From: Phoronis australis
Taxonomy: Eukaryota > Animalia > Phoronida
NCBI GenBank assembly: GCA_002633005.1
Contig: NMRA01000003.1
Coordinates: forward strand, 542,696 to 606,695
Direction of reading: 5' to 3'
DNA: 64,000 nt
In this document: one piece after another, positions 48,701 to 63,700 of the stretch
Layout of the letters: each line of letters starts with the position of its first letter
How positions within the stretch are numbered: position 1 is the stretch's first letter
Position numbers and translations under genes: made by a program
Notes under the pieces: generated by a model
Databases searched by the model: none
The model's input: only the letters and a program-made list of their open reading frames with translations
Told to the model about the DNA's origin: nothing

Positions 48701-51700
48701 CAAATCAAAGTCCCAATTGTATCGTGCTGTAATTTGTTGGAGACAATTTTTGCAGAGACAGAACTCCCTAAAAAGCAACAACTTTTACTGCAATGGTTTG
48801 TGTTGATGCACATTAATAAAGTTTATATTTGTCAACTCACAAACCATACCTATGCCATGATTTTTAATGGAATCTTGTTATACCAGCGTAGGTTCCTAAG
48901 CAACGGAAATGATTAAAGAAAGGATTGCGACCAACGGTCAGAAGATAGAGGACACTGCATTATCATTAGAAACAATTCGTTAACTCCAGATAAGTTTAAT
49001 GATGAGACCCTTACCCTGAACAGAGTTTGTGAGCCAGTCAATGGGAAGGCTACTCGAACCGTTCCATCGGAATCCACTTTAAAGTATGTGCTACTGGTCA
49101 ACAGGCTGTAGGTAATGGTGTCCTGTAACACAAGAACAAGGTAAACAACTACACTACACATTGTGAAACATGAAAGAGCTCATGAAGTTCATGCTGACAT
49201 TCCCACCACATAACCACTGCTGCCCCCTATCAGTTAAGTGAGTCCCAATTAGCCTATTGGGAAACCTCTGGCTAGCAAGATTCACAACATGTCTTTCTTA
49301 GACCCAGATATGTCAACTTTTTCAGTGTGTTCAGGTCATGCTCAGGTGTGTGGTGGTGCTTAGAAACTCAGTTTTTTCATTTTTTTGACTGTAAAATGCT
49401 GCGTTATTTAAGAAGGTTCAAAAATGGGGACTGGTGACAAGTAAACTTAAAGCAAGTAACAGCTTATTATTTAAAATGACTTATTCTTATTAAAATGACA
49501 TAGGCAAAAAATTGAATTTTGGACCTCAAAAGCGAGGCCTCCTATATTAATATAGGGGGCCTCGCTGAAGGGAGGCCGGAGAGCGGGGCCACCTATATTA
49601 ATATAGGATATAGGAGGCCCCGCTGTCCGGCCTCCTTTCGGCGGGGCCTCCTCTATTAATATAGGGGGCCCCGCTCTCCGGCTTCCGTTCAGCGAGGCCC
49701 CCTATATTAGTATAGGGGACCTCGCTTTTGAGGTCCGAAATTCAATTTTTTGCTTATGTCATTTTAATAAGAATAAGTCATTTTAAATAATAAGCTGTTA
49801 AGTTCAGATAACTATCAATGGTAGCAAAATAACCAACATTGTTAAAGAATCATTCGCAACTGCCAAAAAATTCAAAGACATACCCCATCCTGGTCAGTCG
49901 CCGTCACTTTCAGTATAGACTTGTCTGTTGGAGTGCTTTCTGGAATCTCAATGGAGTAGCTACTTGGTTGAAAGCGTGGAGCACTAGGGTTACGTTGGAC
50001 ATTGACTGTGATGACAGAACTGCAGGACTTGGGCTGAATGGCCATATCCTTGGCAATGACAACAATCTGGAGACAAAAGGCATAAAAACATAAATCTTCA
50101 GGCTCAGCTATTCCAAATGCATAGAGGATAATAAAAAAATTGTCTTCTCAGCCAAGAACAGGAATCCTTTTTTAAGCTGCATATAGTTACTAGTGCAATA
50201 GTTGTATGGCTAAAAGCAAGGTTCACAAAGAATTGCTTTCATTGACCTTGCATAACATGTCAATTTCAAAAAGCCCATGATTTGCAACTGCCAGCAAAAT
50301 TCTAAGCCACTATGCGAATTAGTTAACCCCTCCAAGACCAAATTGAGACAGCTGCAGGAGGGCAAAATGGTGCATGACAAACATATGACCTCACAACATT
50401 TTAATAACAATCACTTAAGTCTAACAAAAACAGCACTTCAATAATAAAAAGGATTTTGATAGAAGACTGAAAAATGCTATTCATGAGAATAATACAGATA
50501 TCCAATTGCTTTAGATTTTGAAGAATGCACAATCGTGACAAACAATCAATCTCACCACCTTCTAAAATGACTGTACTGTGTACTGAAGAATTTCATGCCA
50601 ATCTCAAAATGAAAAGACTAAAACTTGACTTTCCACCATCTAAAATGACAATACCTTGTACTGAGTATCTCCGTCCGTCCTCAGATTGGGTGAGGTAACT
50701 ACAAGTTGGCCATTGTTACGATCCACGTAGAAGTAGTCAGCTGCTCTGACAGGCTGGGTACGACCCGCGCTGATCAGGTATTCTATCCTACCACTGTCTG
50801 GCACAGGATCTACAGGCTGGTTGTTGGTATCACGCTAAAAGCAAACGCACACATTTTTGTACCCCAACATACCAATAAGAAACACAAGCTAGATGGGAAA
50901 AGCATGTCATATACAAGATTCATATATTATGCGTGACAACGTACTTAGTAGCTGGTGTGCTACACGACAGCTACAAGTCACTCAGTATTGATAATTGCAA
51001 CAGATAGCTAACAACACGCTAATGTTATGTAGACCTTATCCACAAGTCTGCGTATTTAGGAAACATCTACAAAACCAGCTCAGTTGTTTTGTGCAATGGG
51101 TCCAACCATGAGGCCTGCGCACGTCTGATGCACCAAAAATGACCACCAACAGTTTGTTTCTGAAATAGCTTTCAATGTTATCCTTTCATTTTATTCAACT
51201 TTTTAATTCTTTCACGAAGATCATGAAATTTCTATTTTTTACAGTCCCTAAAACAAAGGCGGAACACTTTAACGATTCCTAAAAGCATTTTAGAGAACAA
51301 TGCATTAAGCCCATTACCAAAAAGTTTCCCATTAACCTGACCAGCCATTTCTGAGATATGATGTTACCACGTTGGCAAAATTTAAAAGATTTTTCCAAGG
51401 TCCTATATAACCTTAGGTTTCCACCATCAATTTCACTCCCAAGTTACACAGTATCCCACAGTGCATTCTTCCAAGTTACACAGTATCCCACAGTGCATTC
51501 TTCCAAGTTACACAATATCCCACAGTGCATTCTTCGAAGTTAAAACCTCAACAAAGAGATCTAAATCTTCTCTTTGGAACACATCACAAGTTCGTTATCT
51601 AGGACGGTCTATCGTGTGTCATATAGTAAAACTCGTCACAATGGGTGACCTTGCCTTACAAAAGCCTTCCATGATTGAGGAAGCATAAATTTACATCATT

Positions 51701-54700
51701 TTTATTGACCAAATACTTTCATTTCATTTCAAAATCCCGAGCACGAATCTAAACCACTAGCAAAACAATTAAACTTTCGATATGCAAAACTTTAATTATT
51801 AGCATATACCATTCTAAAACTACTTTTTTCGCTCAATAGTCGAATAAGTGTTTCTAATAAAGTTAATAAAAATGTCAAATGGGTTAGTTTTTAACATTAG
51901 GAGATTAAAATAAAACAATTTAAGCGAGTGTCACTCACTGCATCACGATCAGTTGCATTAATGTTGATCAGTATTGCTCCCAATGGGTGGTTCTGTCCAA
52001 TGTTAACAGTAGCTGTTGATGGCTGACAAACAGGTGTATTCTTATTACGAGTTACCCTCACAATAACAATAGCATTGGCAATGTATTGTGGCTGGGTGGG
52101 GTCTTTGGCAGTGACACGAATCTGAAAGATAGCATTAAGGCCAATTACATTGAAGAGCTTAATTCACAAGCTTGTTGACTGCTGATAAAAGATGCCTCAG
52201 TCGCAAATATTCTGAATCCAACAGAAAGGCCAATGAAGTTCACTATGATACACAGTAGACAACTCATAACAAGATTTTGAATGACAGGTCTGTTAAGCGG
52301 ACTGAAGGTTGTACCTGTCTAGAAAATTGAGCTTGAACACTAAATAAAACAATCAACACCACTAGATTTAAAATATTCAAAATACATTCAAACAAATGGC
52401 AAAAGGTTTGCACTCGGTAATCAATGTTTGTTCTGTTAACAACAGAGCAATTTATTTACAACAGAGTAGTACATGTCTTGTATGCAACACAATGAATTCC
52501 ATACCGTGTACGAGAAGGCAGTATCAGTGGTAAGGGGTTTTGCAATCTGAATCCGGCCACTTGTTTTGTTGATCTTAAACAGTGTCTGTGACAGTCCTTC
52601 GCCGACAATGTCATACTCCAGATCCTGCAAATAAAATAACATAGCGAGATATGAAAGAAGACTGAATACATAGAGTTTCAATAAAAGTAGCCAGAATTGA
52701 AAAGTAATTTACAAACAGATGGTTGACAAGTCATGTAAACGTCTAAAAACCTACCACAGCTCTGTTGCTGCTGGGCAGAACGGCCTTGACCGTAATGATG
52801 TCATCCCCAACAGGAGCATTCTCTGGCTTAGTAATGGTAACAGTTCCTGAAGGCACTTGGAATACAGGAGTCGAAGCACCGGTTTGCACGGAGATGTCAA
52901 CCTGAGCCTCATCCTGTCTTCTTGGAATGCCACCGTCCGAAACAACAACTCGGAACTAAAAAAGAACAAAACGCGTAAGGAATTACGCATGTATGTACAG
53001 TGTTTACATGTAAACAATCTCTGTTTGCAGCTGCACAATGAGATTCCCTCACTTAAATGTGTTGCTCCACACAGATAAAAATTCAGACATAGTTTACACA
53101 ACCAGTTGAACCTGTCTATTACGACCTAAACTAACAAGAAAAATCTAACCAGTTTAGGACATAGTATGGGCGATAAGTGAAATTCAACAGTAATGCTTTT
53201 CCATGTTCAAGACAAATTGTAAATTTCAGTCAATTTTGATANCGCTGAATAGTCGAATAAAACTTAAGTGTTTCTAATAAAGTTATTAAAAGTGTCAAGT
53301 GCGTTAGTTTTTAACATTAGGAGAGTAAACTAAAACAATTTAAGCGAGTGTCACTCACTGCATCACGATCAGTTGCATTAATGTTGATCAGTATCGCTCC
53401 CAACGGGTGGTTCTGTCCAATGTTAACAGTAGCTGTTGATGGCTGACAAACAGGTGTATTCTTATTACGAGTTACTCTCACAATGACAATAGCATTGGCA
53501 ATGTATTGTGGCTGGGTGGGGTCTTTGGCAGTGACACGAATCTGAAAGATAGCATTAAGGCCAATTACATTGAAGAGCTTAATTCACAAGCTTGTTGGCT
53601 GCCGATAAAAGATGCCTGAGTCGCATATATTCTGAATCCAACAGAAAGGCCAATGAAGTTCACTATGATACACAGCAGACAACTCATAACAAGATTTTGA
53701 ATGACAAGTCTGTTAAGCGGACTGAAGCTTGTACCTGTCAAGAAAATTGAGCTTGAACACTAAAGCCAACAATCAACACCACTAGATTTAAAATATTCAA
53801 AATACATTCAAACAAATGGCAAAAGGTTTGCACTCGGTAATCAATGTTTGTTCTGTTAACAACAGAGCAATTTATTTACAACAGAGTAGTACATCTCTTG
53901 TATGCAACACAAGGAATTTCATACCGTGTACGAGAAGGCAGTATCAGTGGTAAGGGGTTTTGCAATCTGAATCCGGCCACTTGTTTTGTTGATCTTAAAC
54001 AGTGTCTGTGACAGTCCTTCGCCGACAATGTCATACTCCAGATCCTGCAAATAAAATAACATAGCAAGATATGAAAGAAGACTGAATACATAGAGTTTCA
54101 ATAAAAGTAGCCAGAATTGAAAAGTAATTTACAAACAGATGGTTGACAAGTCATGTAAACGTCTAAAAACCTACCACAGCTCTGTTGCTGCTGGGCAGAA
54201 CGGCCTTGACCGTAATGATGTCATCCCCAACAGGAGCATTCTCTGGCTTAGTAATGGTAACAGTTCCTGAAGGCACTTGGAATACAGGAGTCGAAGCACC
54301 GGTTTGCACGGAGATGTCAACCTGAGCCTCATCCTGTCTTCTTGGAATGCCACCGTCCGAAACAACAACTCGGAACTAAAAAAGAACAAAACGCGTAAGG
54401 AATTACGCATGTATGTACAGTGTTTACATGTAAACAATCTCTGTTTGCAGCTGCACAATGAGATTCCCTCACTTAAATGTGTTGCTCCACACAGATAAAA
54501 ATTCAGACATAGTTTACACAACCAGTTGAACCTGTCTATTACGACCTAAACTAACAAGAAAAATCTAACCAGTTTAGGACATAGTATGGGCGATAAGTGA
54601 AATTCAACAGTAATGCTTTTCCATGTTCAAGACAAATTGTAAATTTCAGTCAATTTTGATATAAAATTTAAGGTTTCCTATTAAATTTTCAACACAAGAC

Positions 54701-57700
54701 ATTGGTGACAACAGATCAGGAATGGCTGTTAAAACAGAGATCAAAAGAAATTCTGAGGCTCCTTCAACATAGACTGATGAATCACTTACCCTGTACAGAG
54801 AAACTTGTTTCGCATACAGAGACTTCGCGAGGGACAGAACACCAGTGGTCGGTTCAATCTGAAAGTTATCCAGGCCACTGGAACCATCCTGCTTGAGACT
54901 GAAGACGATTCTGCTGTTGGGACTTGTCTACAGTAAGAATAACAATAGGCTTAGAACATAATTTACTATGGCCATCTGTAGTAAGAATGGACCTAAACGA
55001 GAGCATGTACAACCAGGCTCACAACAGTTTGACATAATCGTAATAATACACACAAATATGCAAGGTAATTAAAAATTTATTGAGTTTTGATCAAAAACAA
55101 TACCTGTAACATAAAATAATCCATAACAGTTGAGTAGCATAGTTTACTCTCAATTACCTTGCACACAAAGGGCAACAAATTAATGTGATGTCCGTACAGT
55201 CATTTACAAAATCATAAATTTGGCCAATTGTTACAAAGACCTGTATTGAAATCCAAGTATGCATCAAAACAAACAGTCACACACAATTCAGTTTACTTCA
55301 TGTAATACTTGACAAATAATCTAAAGACTACGTAAAATTAACTCAGTAGGTATGACTAATTACTCACTGGCTGATTGGCTTTGTCGCCATCGCTGGCAGT
55401 CACCCTCAAAATGGATCTCCCAACTGCTGTTGTGTCTGGGATAGTTTCCGAGTAAATTTTCGGTTGGAATTCTGGACTGAACTCATTGCGCTCTACTTCA
55501 ATATTGACTATGACTGTCGCCTCTTTCTGGGGATTACCATGATCTGTAGCAGTCACTTGAAGCTAAATAAATAAACACGTCAGGCATAAATATTGATAAA
55601 ATGTAAACTCCTAACCTGTAGTGTGGGTACCTTATTCTTTGTTTACAGATAACCACAAGAAATTCTAGGACAGTATGTTATCTGTGTCCTGCACTTGTAC
55701 TTTTATTTGTTGTCTTCTGTTTTAATGTTTTTCTTTTATTTCTCTGTACTTCAAGGTGTGATTCGAATAAATTTATTATTAATATTTAATTTATGTAGCT
55801 CACAAGAGCATACTTGTGAACAGCAGTTAACTCTCGGTCACCTATCGTGTGCTGATCACACAGATTCCCTGAAAAGAAGACCACAATGAGACCCCAACCA
55901 GTTGGTTTAAAGATGTATTTACATGCTCCAGCTATGCTAATATATAGCAGGAACTAAACAACAATGCTATTTGAACATCATCTACACTAAACAAAGAGCA
56001 GCTGTATTCACTGACAACTTGCAAATGTGAAAACAAAAAAATTCTGCCAATAGGCAACTTTTGCACTAATGATGCACCTTGGGGGCTGACACAGTGAACA
56101 TCATGCACCACGTCATGATACTTACTGGACACGATTGAGTGATTTACGGCGGATCATTTTTAACACAAAAACTCGTTCTTAAAAACATTTGTCAATTTTT
56201 AACGTACGTCATATTCACATCGTTGCTATACGTTGCGTTTCTAATTAGACCAAGCATTCACAGAGATAAGCAATTAGCCTGCAAGTTCCACTTTAAGACA
56301 AGTCCACCAATTGGGTTACCTTTAAAACTACTTTGGTATATTCAAAGAAATAAGTTACAATCGTCCCTCCTCCCCCACTGCATCATTTCCCAAAAATTAA
56401 ATTGTGTAACCAGGCCATAAGTGAGTTGCAAACACCTCTGGTTTAATGTGCAATCCACAGTCAGTATTCCACTTCATCAATTCCTCCCAGGGCACAACAC
56501 AATAGACCAATAAACTTGGACCATTAACCATCATGGAAATAGAATTAAGTCAAGTGTAAACATTGAGTTCTGGGTATGTATCTCTATGCCCAGCACCAGT
56601 AATAACCAGTAGATATTCAACGCCCACAACCTGCCTGGCACTCCCAATAATCTCCTGACACGATCACCTCTTCTGCCACAAACACATTGGATTGGTATCG
56701 AAAACTTCAATGTGACCAAGGTAGTAACATAGTTACCCATTACAACATGGTTGATAACTGAACAGACAATAGGGCTGAGCAAGCATTTACAAACCGCTCT
56801 CCCTATGGATTTCTCACAAAACGGAAGATATTTACGCTGCTAAACACTTCATGTTACCTTACATGGTTCTTGCACGAATCCACTAATCAATATTATTAGC
56901 TCATGGTAGTACGCTGACAGCATTAAAAGTAACAATAATCACAGACACACAAACATCTTTAAGGTGGTATCAACAGCAGGTATACTCACAGAATATTGCC
57001 TTGGTTTCACCAGTTGAGAGGGACTTGGATCGTTGTAGAGATATTTAGAGACAGAGATGACACCAGTGGTAGGGTTAATGTAGAACCAACCGCCAGAGTT
57101 ACCCTGCGTGATGGAGTAGGTCGCTGTTGTCTTGGGACCCTGTTGAACACAATCATTAAGTGAATCATACTTCACTAACTGCTGGAATTAGTGCTGTGTT
57201 GTAAATGTTTTCAGTTTAGAACACCAGATGGCAGACACGTGAAATTTCTTCTTTTTTTTAATTTCACACAAAAATTAACATTGATAAACTTAATTATAAC
57301 CATAATTTGCACCAAACAATAATCGTTAAACAAAAACTTTGGTATGAAATTTTTACTGTTATATAATCAGTCTCTGAAAAACAGAAATTATGTTAGCTAT
57401 TTTGGCTAGTATTTTAGAGCAAACCTGAGAGATTACCGTACAACCCTACTCATCATTATGCTAGACATCTGACTGCTTGCTTCCTTTGTTTATCAGCCAT
57501 ATTGCTGGTAATAACATGCAGTATAGAGACTTATAATCCTCAAAAATACAATCATATGTTTCAGGATTAAATAAAATTTTAACAGTAAAAGTAAAGACTG
57601 CAGGAGGGCAGGGGCTTGACATTATATTTCTGATACAGAGTTGAAGCTGGCACTTTAGAATGCATGGCCATTAAGAGAGACAACAAAAAAAAAGATCCAT

Positions 57701-60700
57701 TTATAGTGAGCTTCAATGGGAAGTGCTCTTTTTGTAGGACTCTTGGACAGTTGAATGTTTAACCCATTACAGCTGAAACAGTACATGAAAAGATGTCATT
57801 TTTGATTAGCTCTACATTGCCATCAATATCACCTCCACACTGCTTCTCATATTTACAACAGGGTTATCAACATCAGGCCTACATTGCAATCAATAGTACT
57901 TTCACATTTGCTCCTTATACTTACAGCAGGGTAGTCATCATCAGTTGAATTGACTTGAACAATGAACGTTCCTGGTGGGTCATGCTCGTTGATTTTGCCC
58001 GAGTAACTTGCTTTGGTGAATTTTGGTGCATAAACATTTCGTATGACCTTGATGGTGACTGTCGCAGTCGCACGATTGTTAGGAAAGTATGTGTCATAAG
58101 CAACTAGCACCATCTGCAGAAACAATAAAAAAGGTTCAAGTAGCAACACGTTTCTTGGATACCTCTCATTTCAGAAGCTTTAAACGAAAAAAAAAAATGA
58201 AAGCGACACTTGCCAAATTGAATGAAACCAGATGATGAATGCTGATGAAAAAAGGAAGCACAGCTTTGAACAGCAGTACTTGGATAGAAACTGAATGAAA
58301 TATGACGACGGCAACGAAATTAAGATGAATGATGACAAAATGATTTAGAAACACAAACCTTTACATTAAGAAAAGTTCAGTGGGCAATCAGTAGTTCATA
58401 AAACATCAGTCCTCAGAAAACTTTGAATAATGGTAAGCTACAGCAACACTCCATATATCCCTTGGCGAGATCTATCTACATTACCAAATTTCAGATAAAT
58501 CGCTTACAGGGAAGATCTAAAAATGACCATCACAGTGCCCACCTTGAGTCTGATTTTGACAAAAAGCAACAGGCCTCGAGCTATTGAAGACATACACGGT
58601 GTGTGTGAAATATATGCTGGTTGGACAAAAAATGCGCCTGCAGCATGTGAACAAAACTTTATAATCATGATACATACTCGCGAAAATATCACTAGTAATT
58701 TTTTGCACGCCCCTTGAAATCCCTTTTGCATTATATACAGGTTCTCATTCATTCCCTTGCCTACATTCACCAGTAAGACGGAGTTCAGTGGAGTAGCAGA
58801 CACATTTATGCAATGCTCAATTGTCTACCCGTAAAGCCAGGATTCGAAGCCGGGTCTCCCAAACGAGAGTGCGGAGATCAATCGACTGAGCCACACTGTC
58901 TCCTCCAGCCAAGTAAGGTATACACATGTGGTGCTTAAGAGCATTCAAACAATGTTAGAATGAAAGGTGCTATTTACTCACAAGTCCACTAAACTTACAA
59001 TAATAACAAAGGCAAAACAATTCAAAAGTTTAGAATCAGTCTTTAAATACATAAAATTATTAGCTTTCAGCAACTCTTTCAGAAACTCTGCTTGAAGTTA
59101 ATATTTACTCACTTTGTACTGCATTGCCGAATCTGCGTTAACCATCTTTTTCACTTTGATATCCAGCGCACTGGTTCGGACATTATGACTAAAGTAGGTC
59201 TGAACAGGAGTGTTGCCAATAACTGCCACTTGAAGTTGACCCTGTAATCACACAAGACATGTCTTGTTCAATGTTGATTTGAATATATCTGCACTTTTAA
59301 GTTGTTGTCTAGCAACTCAAACTCCATGTGACTGACTTCCAAAATTATTAGTTCAGTCACCTTGTAGAGAGTCCTTGCACAGAACAAAATGCACTTCCAG
59401 TTACATCAAAACAAAGCACTACAGCTTGACGTATGTTATAATTGTGTCTAGAAGATAATATATAGAAACCCCAATGTAATAATGGAGCCAATCGGCCAAC
59501 CAGTCTTACCCTCAGATTGTTGTCTTGAACATTAACAGTGCCGACATTCTTGCCTATTGGATCATACTCTTGCATGGTAAATGTTAAGGGTTGGAAGAAC
59601 CGTGGCGAGTCAGTATCACGAATGATGTTCACTGTGACTGTAGCTGTAGCAGACTGTGTTGGTCGACCACTGTCTTTCACAACAACAGGAACCTAAACGC
59701 AAAGCGTGAATAGGAAATTTAACATATTGTTACTAGGAAAATAGTTCTAAAACCATTATTAGATTAATAAGCGTCTAGCATTTGATCTTTTCCATATTTC
59801 ACTTGCAGACTTAGATTAACATTTACAGCATTTGGCATTTCTGTGAAATTACGCATATTCAAAATGACACTGATTTGGTATTTCTATGGAATGTTCACAG
59901 TGATATTCGCAAAGAAAGTACAAATTAAATGCAGCCATGCAACCAAGTTTGAGAATCGTTGTAATTACATTCAACCTCCTATGATGGGAAACTTTTACTA
60001 TCTTTAAATGCATACAATCAATCACAACTTACAATCATTTGATTTGGTGAGGCAGGCAGTGTATTCCTAAGGGTAATCAAGCCACTGTCTGGATGGATGT
60101 AGAAATACTGGCCAGTAGTGACATCACCATTGTACGTGTAGGATAAGGTGTCCTGTAGATAGCGAGATAAGAAGCACAGTGAGGACAAGTCTAGGGCTAA
60201 TTACGCATTAATAAGAAACAGGCGATATATCGGTAAACAGGTGATATATTGGTAAACAGGTGATATAGGTAAACAGGTGATATATTGGTAAACAGGTGAT
60301 ATATTGGTAAACAGGCGATATATTGGTAAACAGGCGATATATTGGTAAACAGGCGATATATTGGTAAACAGGCGATATATTGGTAAACAGGCGATATATT
60401 GGTAAACAGGCGATATATTGGTAAACAGAGACACTCGGGTATTATTCAACATGTTATAGTACTATACTATCCAGACAAGTAATAATGATTATAATTCTGA
60501 ATTGCTTGATTTAAAGAAATATGATAGCAATAAAACAAGACTTCATGAATTTGGTCATGATAAGGTTAAGCACATTTTCGAAAGGAAAGTTTATAAAATA
60601 TGACATAACCACGATAATTCATGACTTTAAAAAGTCAAGCATATTTTTGAAAGGTAAGTTTAGAAAATATGACATGATCATAATAGCTTGTGAATTTGAT

Positions 60701-63700
60701 GACAATAACACCTATTGAACCACGAAATCTCACCTTCCAATACACAAGGGCTAGAAGTTTGTCTCAAATTTGATTGTTGGTACAACATCAGCAGCATTGT
60801 TCAATAAGCGCAATGCGACACGTGATGGAATGACAGCATTCATTGTTATTTCGGTCCAAGTTAAGACTAAAATAGTTTTTTTCATGGAACGAAGCTCAGT
60901 CTATGAATGTTTTAATTGTTTTCATTCTCAGACCAACCTGTGCGTCAGAGTCTGTTGCGTTGACATCAATCACTCTGGAACCAACGGGAAGCGTCTCCTT
61001 GACTTCCACAGTGTAGGATGGGGAAGAGAAGGTTGGTTTACCCTGGTTACGGTCCACGAACAACGAGTAATCCTGCCTTACCACTCTGGTCGGGTTGTTG
61101 GTACAATACACACTGACAGTTGCCTGAAATTGTCATGGAGTACACTGTCTGAATGATGTGGAACAAGGTTACAGAGCAAGTACTTGAATATATCACACCA
61201 CACAGGAATGAACAAAATTCTTTAATTAGTTCAGCTGTTCAAGTATACCAATAGGGCCATCCCAGATTACATGACTATAGAACTCTCCTTTTTGCCAAAG
61301 ATACGAAAGCATGTGGCCTTGTTTTGGAAACCAGGCACATTTTTGTGTCTCTTGTTGATGCCAGGAAGGCAAAGAATTTCAGATCACGTATTCACGAGTA
61401 TTTGTCCAGTTTATCAAACTTTCTCAAGTCGGAGTTGCAGCCCACAGCACAGCAGCAATACTTCATTGGTATTGGGAGGATGAATAAACTAATGCAACCA
61501 AGAAAAACTTGTAAAGAATCAGACAGCAACAAATAACATTTGAAACTTCGGTGGCATGAAAATGAGGCAGCAAATGTACCTGAAAATATGTTTACAGCAT
61601 TGTGAGTAAATACAGCAAGATTCGAGTGTCGCTGTGAAATCCAGGACAGCCCTATTAAACCATCCCTTGAGTTGTTCCTGGTTAACTGATACTATGCGGC
61701 AACTTTGTGACGTCAATTCTATTTTACCCAGTTGAACATCATTTTCCACTAAATACAGGGTGACCAAAACAGAAAGACAAAATTTTGCATGAAATTATAA
61801 CTTCTAATTTTTTTGGAAAGAACAAAAACTTCACTACAACCTGACTCATAACATTAAAACTCTGTATAGAGAATATCCATAGACTGAAGTTTGATTCCAG
61901 CAAATTTGAATAAACAAATCGATAGATGTAGAATGAATTGAAATTTATTTTCATTTTTCGGATCAATCTGAAATTACAGGCATAACCAAGTACGCACTTA
62001 CCACATATGAGATGAGATACTCAGGGTCAGACTTGAGTGAGTTTCTCAAAGTGATAACACCGGTACGTTGATCAATCTTCATAAAGCTGAAGGCCTTGCC
62101 ATCAGCTGTCTTGCTAGCCAACGAGTATGTCAGATAGTCAGGTGCCTGAAACATTACAGCAATTTGATATTCATGCCTCAAAATTCAGCATCTCTTAGGC
62201 TGCAGTGAGTAGTTAAACGTCTATAGGCTGTCATAAAAAATTCTCCATCAATGTTTTCCAAGTAAGTACACACCTGGGGATAATGACATTTCTCTTCAGT
62301 CCCTTACCCTTGGTTAGTCGCATTTTAGTCATATTTTAGTCACACGTGAAGATTCCTTTTACTCATGACTAATATGTTGCTAAAGTTTGTCCATGATATA
62401 TTTCAATGCGCTTAGTCACACTTTAATCAGTTCATTTGCACAACTGGGATATGACTATAAAGCTTTAGACATGACAAGAATTTCAGGCTATCTAGTCACT
62501 GACTAAATATAATAGTCATGACTAGAGTTTACATGATACCCCTCTTCCTATAAGAAGCGAATAAAAGTAACCCCAAGTATTCTACAACAGTCTTGATATC
62601 CTCCAAGACAATTCTTGACAGATTCCTATAAGATCGTGCATAGCATTAACCCCAGCTCACCTTACAGTCAGAGTCGGTGGCTCCTACTTCGAACAATTTA
62701 CTATCCTTAGGCAGACTCTCATGGACTCGTTTGCTGAATGGACCGGGTAAAACTGGGCTCTGATCACTGGCTACACGCACTGTGAATGGGTAGCAGGTGG
62801 TCTTCTTGTACTGGTCTGTTGCACACACATTACACTGTCAACAGGAAAGTGACACGGTTAGCTGCTTAAAACAGAACGGGGTCAGTCTTCTTAATAAAGA
62901 AGATGAAAAACTTTATTTTTAAATGCTATGCTTAAGCAACTAATTAACCTAAAAAGATTATTTTACAGAAAAATGCAATCAATAAGCAAGATATCAAAAT
63001 AGGGACTGCACGGACAGGTTTCTGTGTTTCATTTGTGGATAAAGATTAGAGACAGCTAACCTTTAACTTTTACATCCAAACCTGTAAGCAGTTTATGATG
63101 TCATCATTGTGGTAGCTTTCAACAGAAACTACGACTAACTGAACTGAAGCAAGTACACCTCCCCAACTAGGCACAACACATTTTACAGCAAAGCAAAGTA
63201 TAAGATGGTTCTTGTCTACTTACAGTATACACTGAACCGCCAGTACCAGCCGCTGACTTCTTCAGAGATATTTCACCACTGTTAGGATCCACGTAGAAGC
63301 GGGAGTTGTCGGCAGGGTTAGTACAGCCACCCAGACTGTACGTAATTGGATCCTGTGATAGACAACCAATGCGTCAAGGAAATGCACAAGATTGTGTGTA
63401 GCTTTACCATTTCACTAAACTGTTTTAAAGTGGCATAAGGATTTAAAAATATCCCATTAAATCAAATAACAATTTGATTCTTGTTTGAAGCCATAAAATC
63501 TGAAGAATATGAAGATTGAGTAGGAAGCACAACCATGCAAACACAAAGTTCATTTTCTACACAATAGTAAAAATTACAGTTGTACAAAAAAGGCCTCCAG
63601 CCACATACACAATAGTAAAAATTACAGTTGTACAAAAAAGGCCTCCAGCCACATACACAATAGTAAAAATTACAGTTGTACAAAAAGGCCTCCAGCCACA

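Noticed and set aside
58830-58905. tRNA gene
   Set aside because: A and B boxes are present but there is no intact cloverleaf or acceptor stem; better explained as a SINE head.
60216-60428. Regular short repeats resembling a CRISPR array (also 51439-51541 and 63558-63709)
   Set aside because: Head-to-tail units with no unique spacers, in introns of a eukaryotic gene; these are minisatellites.
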